Virus record (IMG/VR): IMGVR_UViG_3300035701_000001
Direction: 5' to 3' (one strand)
DNA from: a virus
DNA: 64,000 bases
Positions 18,774 through 26,068 of this stretch are shown piece by piece (position 1 is the stretch's first letter; every line of letters begins with the position of its first letter). The notes below the pieces were generated by a model. It ran no database searches. It had not been told where the DNA came from and worked only from the letters and a program-made list of their open reading frames with translations. The translations under genes and the position numbers were made by a program.

Positions 18774-18785
18774 GAGATTTTCAAC

Positions 18786-19184
18786 ATGTTCGTCGATTCT
18801 TACCTGCAGGATCTTCTTCAAGCCACTCCAGAGGAACTGGAATCTTTGACTCAGGCTTCCGAGTCGTTCGGTGGGCTGTGGAGTCCTCGTGCATTGCGGA
18901 AGCGGATGCTTCCCGAGCGCAGGGCCCGTGACGAGTTGATGGCCTGGTTTCGCGCAAGCGATGTCCCTGTGATTCCCCATGACAGTCCCCGCCTGGACAC
19001 CCCTCTCTGTTCCGTGATCGTCGCTTTGTCGAACCTGACGAGGGATCTTGCGGATGATGCGGAGCAGAAGGCCCTGGAACTCGCCTCTCGGTACGATATT
19101 GCCTGTCACATCTCGTCGAAGGCGGGGTCTCTTGTCTTCTCGTTTGGCAAGACCCCAAAGATCGCGGCCTCGTTGCTCGGCTGA
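18786..19184 (+). CDS. Hypothetical protein, last gene of the structural run
   Basis: AGGAG RBS; 132 aa; ESFGGLW. Confidence 0.75.
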   Translation: MFVDSYLQDLLQATPEELESLTQASESFGGLWSPRALRKRMLPERRARDELMAWFRASDVPVIPHDSPRLDTPLCSVIVALSNLTRDLADDAEQKALELASRYDIACHISSKAGSLVFSFGKTPKIAASLLG

Positions 19185-19185
19185 T

Positions 19186-19638
19186 TCAGTTCGAGGCGAG
19201 CCAGATTCTCGCTGCATGCAGGGTGAGAGTGACGGGAATGGAGAGGGACAAGAGGATCAGGATTCTCCGGATTCTCTTGTTTGTCTGGGTCTGATTCTTG
19301 TTCTGCAGTCGGAGTCCTACGGTGGACAGAGTATATCCACCTCGGAAGTAGTCCCAGGAAGTTGATTCGTAGGCGTTTGTGGGAAACGCTTCTGGGGTGA
19401 TCTGGTTTGTCTCGGGGTCTTTCGTGATTCGGTAGGTCATCCGATCCAGTCGAAGAATGACCTGGGTGGTTCCGGTATTCTGCAGGAGATCGAGAGTGGC
19501 CTTGTAGACGGGCTCGACGTGGGATCCGAGGTACTGATGCAGGAGGGACAGTCCGAGGTGGATGCTGGCTCCGCAGAAGACGAAGGAGAGCATCCATGTC
19601 CAGACCCATTCATCGAACTCTGAAACAAGGGAGTCCAT
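19186..19638 (-). CDS. Hypothetical membrane protein
   Basis: Two hydrophobic segments (WVWTWMLSFVFCGASIHLGL; ILILLSLSIPVTLTL). Confidence 0.65.
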   Translation of the reverse strand: MDSLVSEFDEWVWTWMLSFVFCGASIHLGLSLLHQYLGSHVEPVYKATLDLLQNTGTTQVILRLDRMTYRITKDPETNQITPEAFPTNAYESTSWDYFRGGYTLSTVGLRLQNKNQTQTNKRIRRILILLSLSIPVTLTLHAARIWLASN

Positions 19639-19639
19639 T

Positions 19640-20437
19640 CTATGGCTTCAGCGTATTGGGTCGTCCAGGCTTGGGGGGTTCTGGTTTCTTGCCCGTGGCT
19701 TTCTCGATGATGGCCCTCTGCTCTTCGATGGACAGGCCCGTGAAGGGGTTCACACGGGAAGACGGATCGAAGTTCTGGTCTTCCTCGAATTCTCCCTCGG
19801 GGAGGGTCGGGAGGGGGACGACAGGGGTCTTGGACGTCGTCGTGGGTTTTGGCATAGCCGATGGGCCGGTTGAGATGGGGGCTTTCGGTTGGACTGCCGG
19901 ATGGATGTCGAGCTTCTGCCCTTCGGAAGGATGGGGGGCTCCGCCTCCCCGATGGCGGATTCCGGTCTGGGCGATTCGGTCGAGCATCTGCTGCTGTCGT
20001 TGCTGGAACAACTCGATCATCGAGGGATCGATTCCTGCAGGGGGCGGGGCCGGGTTCGGTGGGGTAGCCTGTGTGGAGGCATGGATGGATCCTGGAGTTG
20101 TTTCCGTTGTTTGCGGGTTCCAGGACGATTCCGTCGGGTCGGGGATCTCGTCCCCCTCGTCGACTTCTTCCAGGTCGAGAGTAGGGAAGTCCTGGGGATG
20201 GGGTGGGTTTTGTGTTGTGGGGTACTGGGGGGAGGAAGATTGGGCTGGGGGGGTTCCCCTCGCAATGGTGCTGAAGATCTGGTTCAGCAGGTTTGGGACT
20301 TCCTCGGGCATGTCGACCTTGTAGCCGTAGTGACGCAGCACGTTCATGATCTGCGTGAGGGCCGAGGTTGAGTTTCCTTGCTCCCGGAGCAGCTTCTTGA
20401 ACTTTCTCTTTGCGTTTCCACCGTGCTGTCCTGGCAT
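19640..20437 (-). CDS. Proline-rich hypothetical protein
   Basis: 265 aa; basic helical N-terminus followed by a P/T/Q low-complexity region. Confidence 0.7.
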   Translation of the reverse strand: MPGQHGGNAKRKFKKLLREQGNSTSALTQIMNVLRHYGYKVDMPEEVPNLLNQIFSTIARGTPPAQSSSPQYPTTQNPPHPQDFPTLDLEEVDEGDEIPDPTESSWNPQTTETTPGSIHASTQATPPNPAPPPAGIDPSMIELFQQRQQQMLDRIAQTGIRHRGGGAPHPSEGQKLDIHPAVQPKAPISTGPSAMPKPTTTSKTPVVPLPTLPEGEFEEDQNFDPSSRVNPFTGLSIEEQRAIIEKATGKKPEPPKPGRPNTLKP

Positions 20438-20475
20438 CTCTCGACTCCAAGATGGGATGCGTTACACTAATCCAC

Positions 20476-20973
20476 ATGTCTGGTCAGGGCAATGCCAAGC
20501 CGTCGATGGATCGGGTTTCCCGTATGATCCGTTCTTGTCTGCGGGGAGCCCCTCTCCAGACCCGTGAGAGCGGCCTTCGGGTGCTCCGGACGATGCAAGA
20601 AGATGTCCGACCTGAGGTGGAGGATCTCTCCCGGCTCGTGTTGTGGCTTACCGAAGTCCATCGGCTGGATCGCATCGAGGTGCAGAAGCTCCAGGGGGAG
20701 ATTGGGCAGGCAGGGCAATCCACGAAGAAGAGAAGTCGATTCAACCGGTTGTCCCATGGTCTTACGTTTCGAGAGCAGTGGGAGGAGGCAGAGCAGAAGA
20801 ATCGGGAACAGGGCATGGATCAAGTCAGTCGGGAGGCAATGGAGGAAGCCGAGCATGCCCGAGACCAGTTCTATCGAGATCGGGTTGGGATTCCCGGAAG
20901 CACGGTTCGGGTCGATACGTATGGAAGGAGGGTGATCATTGTCCCAGGAGACGAAAATGACACGGACGGGTAG
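20476..20973 (+). CDS. Hypothetical protein
   Basis: Helical, charged ORF; overlaps the next gene. Confidence 0.6.
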   Translation: MSGQGNAKPSMDRVSRMIRSCLRGAPLQTRESGLRVLRTMQEDVRPEVEDLSRLVLWLTEVHRLDRIEVQKLQGEIGQAGQSTKKRSRFNRLSHGLTFREQWEEAEQKNREQGMDQVSREAMEEAEHARDQFYRDRVGIPGSTVRVDTYGRRVIIVPGDENDTDG

Positions 20974-21202
20974 CCCCAAGCGGGTGATGGAATGGATGGA
21001 TCAGGCGGGGCCCGAGGAGATCGGGGAAGCCTTGCTTGCACTCGGTCTCGACAAGGCCTCTCTGGTCGTCGGGTATCTTCTCTCGCGGTTCGGTCCGGAG
21101 GTGGGCCCTCGCATCGACGAGGCAGTGGCTCGGTTCCAGAAGGACCCGACCCGTTCCCTCGCACGGATGGCATTCCGGGGGCTCAAGGAGTTCTTGGGCT
21201 GA
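20957..21202 (+). CDS. Small hypothetical protein
   Basis: AGGAG RBS; 81 aa. Confidence 0.65.
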   Translation: MTRTGSPKRVMEWMDQAGPEEIGEALLALGLDKASLVVGYLLSRFGPEVGPRIDEAVARFQKDPTRSLARMAFRGLKEFLG

Positions 21203-21203
21203 T

Positions 21204-21539
21204 CTACTGGGGAACTCCCTTGGCCTGTTCGACGGCTTCGGTCAGTTCTTGCAGGTTTGCCTCGTCGGTGAGGTCCAGGTTCTTCACGGCGGTACGGTAG
21301 GGATCCTGGGTTCCGAGCCATGCGCGAAGGTCGGAGAACTGCAGATCGGAGAGGCAGAGCGTCCGCTTGATGGTCTTCAGTTGTTGAATGGACATCGAGC
21401 GGACCTTTCCCTCCCACGCAGACCAGAGTGTCCGGGACACACCGCATTCGCGTGCCGCTTCTGCCTGGCTTTTGCCTCTCAAGGCACGATAGCTGCGGAG
21501 TAGGTTGTCGTGATCGCCTTGCATCCGTCTCCTGGACAT
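21204..21539 (-). CDS. XRE-family helix-turn-helix transcriptional regulator
   Basis: LRSYRALRGKSQAEAARECGVSRTLWSAWEGKVR matches the HTH_3 pattern; start uncertain (ORF open to 21596). Confidence 0.85.
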   Translation of the reverse strand: MSRRRMQGDHDNLLRSYRALRGKSQAEAARECGVSRTLWSAWEGKVRSMSIQQLKTIKRTLCLSDLQFSDLRAWLGTQDPYRTAVKNLDLTDEANLQELTEAVEQAKGVPQ

Positions 21540-21600
21540 CCGGTTCCTCGGCTCCAGCCACTTCCATAGGATAAGCGGTTTGAATCCGGAGCACAACCTT

Positions 21601-21619
21601 TTGACACCATCGGTGGCAA
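21601..21619. promoter_or_regulatory. Operator-like inverted repeat 1 (TTGACAC-N5-GTGGCAA)
   Basis: Between the divergent XRE and RdgC-like genes; one mismatch from a perfect palindrome. Confidence 0.65.
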
Positions 21620-21731
21620 GTTGTTTCAGATAAAGTCAAGGTTACAGCTTTGATTTGATTCGTTCATTCCTCTTCTTTTTTGCCTTGTTTCTCTCGGGGT
21701 GATACCGTCTCTGAGGGACGGGGGTGTCGCG

Positions 21732-22688
21732 ATGCGGGACAGGCTGTTGACGGAGGGAGTGATTTCTGGACGGTTCTACCGTCATGAGGCCCCCCTGGAA
21801 TCGGAGACGAATTTCCTTCACAGGGTCCAGGAGTACACGTTTCCCGAGCACTGTGAGGTCCAGAAGCTTCTGCGTGGCTACTGCAACGGGGATCCTCCGT
21901 TCGGATCGAACCTGGAGGAGACTCAGATCGAGGGGTCCTATGCAGACGATGGCCACGGAATCTGGCGGATGTGGATTCGTGAAGACACTCGAAACGTGAG
22001 CCGGAACCAGGTTCTCCGAAAATCTGCCGAGCGTTGTCTCATCGAGTACAACCGTCCACTTTCTCAGGTTCCCCACAAGGACCGCAAGGAGATCGAGGCT
22101 CAGGTGAAGAAGGATCTTCTTCTCCTTGCCATTCCCAGTGTCCGCATCTTGCCGGTCGTCGCTTCGAGGGGTTGGACGTGGGTCGGTTGCCGTGCGGTCG
22201 ACAATGCGATCCGCGCCATCCTGTTCCCGGTGGTGGGCCGTGTCGACTTCGAGCCGGTGGCCTGGTCCTTCGACTCCGAGACGGGTTGGTCTTCTCTCTC
22301 TCTTGCCGGAGTGCAGTCGTATGCCGAGACGGGCAACCCGGATCTCGATGGGGATGTCCACCTCGTGTCGGTCGGATTGGAGAGCTTGGAGATCTCCTGT
22401 CGGATGCATGGGGCCAGTCAACATCTTTCCGAGATTTTGCAGAAGATGGTCGATCCTTCCGTCGCAGTCCGCGTTCTTTCTCTCACCTTCGAAGTCGAGA
22501 TGGACGGGGAGAAGACCGTGGTCTCACTGGATAAGGACGGTGTGTACCGTGGATTGTCTCCCTCTTCCTCGGGGGGGCTTTCTCATGAAGTTTTGATCCG
22601 TCGGTTCCAGGCCGTGCGTCAGTCGGCCGAGCGGGTGGGAGAGGTGTTGTCTGAGATTCTTCACCGTCGTACCTGTGGAGATTCATGA
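21732..22688 (+). CDS. RdgC-like recombination-associated protein
   Basis: LLTEGVISGRFY..IREDTRNV..KDRKEIEAQVKKDLLLLAIPSV fits the RdgC pattern as recalled; no search run. Confidence 0.5.
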   Translation: MRDRLLTEGVISGRFYRHEAPLESETNFLHRVQEYTFPEHCEVQKLLRGYCNGDPPFGSNLEETQIEGSYADDGHGIWRMWIREDTRNVSRNQVLRKSAERCLIEYNRPLSQVPHKDRKEIEAQVKKDLLLLAIPSVRILPVVASRGWTWVGCRAVDNAIRAILFPVVGRVDFEPVAWSFDSETGWSSLSLAGVQSYAETGNPDLDGDVHLVSVGLESLEISCRMHGASQHLSEILQKMVDPSVAVRVLSLTFEVEMDGEKTVVSLDKDGVYRGLSPSSSGGLSHEVLIRRFQAVRQSAERVGEVLSEILHRRTCGDS

Positions 22689-23182
22689 CGTTCTACCCGC
22701 GATGGGAGAAGACCGATCCGGACATTGCACTTCGGGAAGTCGGACCGAACCTGTATGTGGGGGCCTTCATGGCTCCTCCCGAAAAGTCCTGGGCTCTCGT
22801 CGTGGATCTTGCAGGGGAGTATCATACGAAGTTCGGACCATTGCGCTACCTGTTCTGTAAGCATGTGGTCTCGTTTCCTTTCCGGGACGGAGAACCGATT
22901 CCGGATGGCTTGCTCGATCAGATCTACTCGTTTGTCGTTCAGCACCTGTTGATGGGGCCCATTCTCATCCACTGCCAGGCTGGTGCTTCCCGATCCGTCT
23001 CGGTGGCGTATGCCCTGTTGCGCCGGATGTACGGGCTCACGCACAAGACTGCGCTTGCGCGGGTGCAGAACCCGCTGCTGGGGCCCGAATTTCCTGCCGA
23101 GGCCACCTTGCAGTCTGCGAGGGACTGGGCGGAGGATGCACTGCAGGAGATGGTCCGTCACAAGCGTTCTGGGGACCATTGA
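22685..23182 (+). CDS. Dual-specificity (CX5R) protein phosphatase
   Basis: ILIHCQAGASRSVSVAYALL active-site loop; NLYVGA; PFRDG acid loop. Confidence 0.9.
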   Translation: MTFYPRWEKTDPDIALREVGPNLYVGAFMAPPEKSWALVVDLAGEYHTKFGPLRYLFCKHVVSFPFRDGEPIPDGLLDQIYSFVVQHLLMGPILIHCQAGASRSVSVAYALLRRMYGLTHKTALARVQNPLLGPEFPAEATLQSARDWAEDALQEMVRHKRSGDH

Positions 23183-23190
23183 TCCAGAGA

Positions 23191-23330
23191 AAAACGAGGG
23201 GATCACCACGAAGAACACGAAGGGCACAAAGGATCGGACGGATCAAACTCCGCGTTCTCCGCGTTCTTAGCGGTGGAAAAGAACGAGAAGGTCACCACGA
23301 AGGACACGAAGGACACGAAGGATCGTACGA
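23191..23330. repeat. Dispersed 9-mer-based repeat element, copy A (two subunits)
   Basis: CACCACGAAG(A/G)ACACGAAG... units at 23201 and 23291 with linker AACTCCGCGTTCTCCGCG..GCGGTGGAAAAGAACGAG; between convergent genes. Confidence 0.85.
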
Positions 23331-23352
23331 ATCAGACTCTGTGCGTTGTAGA

Positions 23353-23946
23353 CTAGAACGGCAGTTCGAAACCTTTGGGGCCTTCCCGGTAGATGCGGTG
23401 GAGTGTCTGGCGGGTCGATTCAGACAGCATACGGGTCGGGTCGATGGGGATGGGAGAGGTCACGGCACGCAGCGCGATGACTTCATCGAGACGACGTGGA
23501 GGAACGATCTGGACTTTTCCCTCGGAATATCCATCCGGGGCACTCAGTCGTTCGTAGGTGTCGTAGGTTCGTTGCCACTTGAGGAGGTCCAGGTAGGCAT
23601 CGCAGAGAATTTCGTCCTTGTCGACAAGCGGTTTGCGTGCCAGGAATATCCGGTCTCCCATCTCGACGATGCGGGAGAGGATGGACAGGATGTCCAGGTG
23701 CACGGCACAGCCATACGGAGTGGGGAAGATCCGCGTCACGTGGGTGAGTGGGGTCAGGCTGCAGGCTTCCGAGGTGCACAGGGGGAAGCCGGGGTAGGGC
23801 AGTCGTCCGAGTGCTTCGATGGCTCGTCCACAGAGTGCACACGGCCAGACCTTCTTCGGGGCGATGGGTCGTCCTGCATAGGGCAGGGCGCGTATCTTGC
23901 CGAGCACTCGTTCCTTTTCTGGATGTGGCCAGCAGATGTCGTCCAT
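23353..23946 (-). CDS. Hypothetical Zn-binding protein
   Basis: AAAGGGG RBS before MDDICWP; CALC..CTSEAC; the longer upstream ORF overlaps a plus-strand gene. Confidence 0.65.
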   Translation of the reverse strand: MDDICWPHPEKERVLGKIRALPYAGRPIAPKKVWPCALCGRAIEALGRLPYPGFPLCTSEACSLTPLTHVTRIFPTPYGCAVHLDILSILSRIVEMGDRIFLARKPLVDKDEILCDAYLDLLKWQRTYDTYERLSAPDGYSEGKVQIVPPRRLDEVIALRAVTSPIPIDPTRMLSESTRQTLHRIYREGPKGFELPF

Positions 23947-24051
23947 TCCATCCCCTTTGTCGGGTGCGTGTGACAACATAACATCCGTGGTCTTGTCTGT
24001 CCTGGGCGGTTGGTTACCTGGGGGGGGTGTGAGACGGGAGTCGGGGAGGGG

Positions 24052-24939
24052 ATGCGGTTGCGATTTGCTGTGCTGGAGACGGGTTCCATCCCGTGCTGGG
24101 CGTCTGCCTGTGTCTGGAAGGGTGTCGAGTCCGTGAGTCTTTCTCACGTCGATATCCTGTCCGGGCCCAAGGTCCAGTCTGCCCTGTCCACGCTTTCTGG
24201 AGCCCTCGACGTCTTGCTCGTCGATGTCCGCAATGGGCTTGGATTTTCGACTGTGGCAAGTTGGACGCATCTGCTCCGTAGGACGCAACCCCGTCATCTC
24301 CTCGTCTTTGCAGCAACAGAAGGCGATGGGGCGGACCAGGGTCGTTTTCTCGTGAACTGGCTGGATGGACGGGAGCATCTGCACCTCAAGAAGACCGAGG
24401 TATCCCTCCTGGAATCCTTTGGCGCTCCGTTGATCGGACGGATGGTGGTTTCCCTGTTCTCTCAGGTCATTGGAACGGGTTCTTTGGAGTTTCCGCAGCC
24501 CGTGACGGGGTTTTCGAGGGGTTCTCCTTACATCCCATGGAGTACTTCTAGGTACCGTGGGTTGGGCAGTCCGATCTCCAGGGACAGCCTGGCGGTCATC
24601 GACTGGAACCTTGCTTCCTTCCTCGGAGGTCCCCAGTTCGTTCTTCCGGGATACCCCTTTGCACTTCCCGCTCAAGCACCCCGTATCCGTGATGTCGAGT
24701 ACGAGGGATTCGGAATGCTCTGCCATTCGGTGGATGCTCCGTCTTCCTTCGTCGTTCTCTCCATCTCTGACTTGTTGCATCTCCTCGGCTATCCGGGATC
24801 GCTGTTGGACGAGCATCCCGTCGATCTGCAGTGGGGCTTGCTCAAAACCCTTCTCCCTGCTTCCTTCTCCGACCATTGGTTGGGGTGGGCACAGGAGAAC
24901 CTCGGGTCTGTCGAAGACCCTTCAACCCAGACCGAATAA
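24052..24939 (+). CDS. Hypothetical protein, possibly a degenerate C5 DNA methyltransferase
   Basis: GGGGAGG RBS; LLRRTQPRHLLV and LSISDLLHLLGYPG resemble MTase motifs VI and IX; no catalytic PC. Confidence 0.55.
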   Translation: MRLRFAVLETGSIPCWASACVWKGVESVSLSHVDILSGPKVQSALSTLSGALDVLLVDVRNGLGFSTVASWTHLLRRTQPRHLLVFAATEGDGADQGRFLVNWLDGREHLHLKKTEVSLLESFGAPLIGRMVVSLFSQVIGTGSLEFPQPVTGFSRGSPYIPWSTSRYRGLGSPISRDSLAVIDWNLASFLGGPQFVLPGYPFALPAQAPRIRDVEYEGFGMLCHSVDAPSSFVVLSISDLLHLLGYPGSLLDEHPVDLQWGLLKTLLPASFSDHWLGWAQENLGSVEDPSTQTE

Positions 24940-24965
24940 ACGCCGACAGGCAAAAGGAATCTGCT

Positions 24966-25967
24966 ATGCCGAAAGCCGAGAAGAACATCGAGACGACCGA
25001 GGTCAAGGAGCCCGTCGAGGTCAAGGAACCCGTCGAGGTCCAGGACAACGACATGTTCGGGATCGACGTCGAGGTTTCCGACCCCGCGTTCGGAAGCATC
25101 TACCCCATCGTCCAGTGGGTCAACGGGGATCGCACGAAGAAGAAGTCCGAGGACATCGACTACACGGGTGGCTTCTTCGTCTCCGCCGAGCAGGGCATCG
25201 AGATCCCCGGCGCGCACCCCTACAAGCTCATGACCCAGGAAGGCCAGGAGGTCGATGGGTTCGCGATCCGCGATCTCGTCCTCCACCCCCTGCGCTACCG
25301 CCGGTCCTGGATCTGCCTGCCCAAGGAAGGTGGGCTGCAGATGCGCTTCCCGTGGGATGCCTACGAGGATGCCAAGGAACACGACTGCAAGAACTCGCCG
25401 CGTGGACGCGGTCAGCTTCTCGCGGTCATCGAAGGCATGAACCAGCCCGTCTGCCTGACGTTCTCGGGCATGGTCTCCGCCCACGTCTTCTCCCGTGGCA
25501 AGGACCGGGGCGTGCTCTCCAACTACGGCCAGGTCATCGTCGGCAGGGCGCGGGCACTGGCCCGCCGCAAGGGACGCGACATCGAGTACCCGCTCTGCGC
25601 GTTCAAGCTCTCCATGGGCCCCGAGCGCAACGCGGAAGGTCCGGTCTTCACGAAGGTCGGCCAGGGCACCGCGACCAACTACGTCGTCTACCCGGTGTGG
25701 CTCGACAAGCCCGCTGGCATCCCCGGCGAGGACCACATCGGTCGCCTGTTCGCGGGTCGCGAACTCTTCGCGAAGCTCCAGGACTGGCACCGCGAGGCGG
25801 ACGAGTGGGTCGCGCAGTGGTCGACCAAGGCGCTGATCGAGCAGCTCAAGACCTTCCTCACCAACAAGTCCAGCCTGGCCGAGAGCCTCAAGGGCATGGG
25901 CACGAGCGAAGGCGAGACGGCGGCCGAGGGCGAGGGCCTTCCGGGCGAGCGCGAGGTCCCGTTCTAG
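24966..25967 (+). CDS. Putative single-stranded DNA-binding / recombination protein
   Basis: AAGGA RBS; extreme codon bias; acidic C-tail ending EREVPF like bacterial SSB (DIPF); next to nrdJ. Confidence 0.55.
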   Translation: MPKAEKNIETTEVKEPVEVKEPVEVQDNDMFGIDVEVSDPAFGSIYPIVQWVNGDRTKKKSEDIDYTGGFFVSAEQGIEIPGAHPYKLMTQEGQEVDGFAIRDLVLHPLRYRRSWICLPKEGGLQMRFPWDAYEDAKEHDCKNSPRGRGQLLAVIEGMNQPVCLTFSGMVSAHVFSRGKDRGVLSNYGQVIVGRARALARRKGRDIEYPLCAFKLSMGPERNAEGPVFTKVGQGTATNYVVYPVWLDKPAGIPGEDHIGRLFAGRELFAKLQDWHREADEWVAQWSTKALIEQLKTFLTNKSSLAESLKGMGTSEGETAAEGEGLPGEREVPF

Positions 25968-25998
25968 TCCGGTTCCGACCTCATGTCGGTTCCAAGTG

Positions 25999-26033
25999 CG
26001 GGCGGGGGAGCCAGGTGTTTCCCCCGCCCGTTT
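25999..26033 (+). terminator. Rho-independent terminator-like hairpin
   Basis: CGGGCGGGGGAG-loop-TTCCCCCGCCCG (12 bp) followed by TTT, 30 nt after the stop. Confidence 0.7.
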
Positions 26034-26068
26034 CGTCTGTCGAATCGGGTTTCTGGCAGGGGGATGAG

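Noticed and set aside
14335-19217. Long antisense ORFs (14335-16410, 691 aa; 16518-19217, 899 aa) and similar ones at 27053-29509 and 10239-12794
   Set aside because: Shadow frames of GC3-biased sense genes; R/P/G-rich, no motifs, no RBS
23191-23330. CRISPR array
   Set aside because: Units are 9-mers with related linkers, not 25-45-bp repeats with unique spacers; no cas genes
23947-24876. N-terminal 310 codons of the 507-aa minus ORF 23353-24876
   Set aside because: Antisense to 24052-24939; a good RBS and ATG at 23946 define the plausible gene
24557-26068. 504-codon in-frame upstream extension of the nrdJ ORF (1673-aa call)
   Set aside because: Overlaps two better-supported genes in other frames and crosses a terminator; RNR similarity begins at MSKKNGEF (26069)
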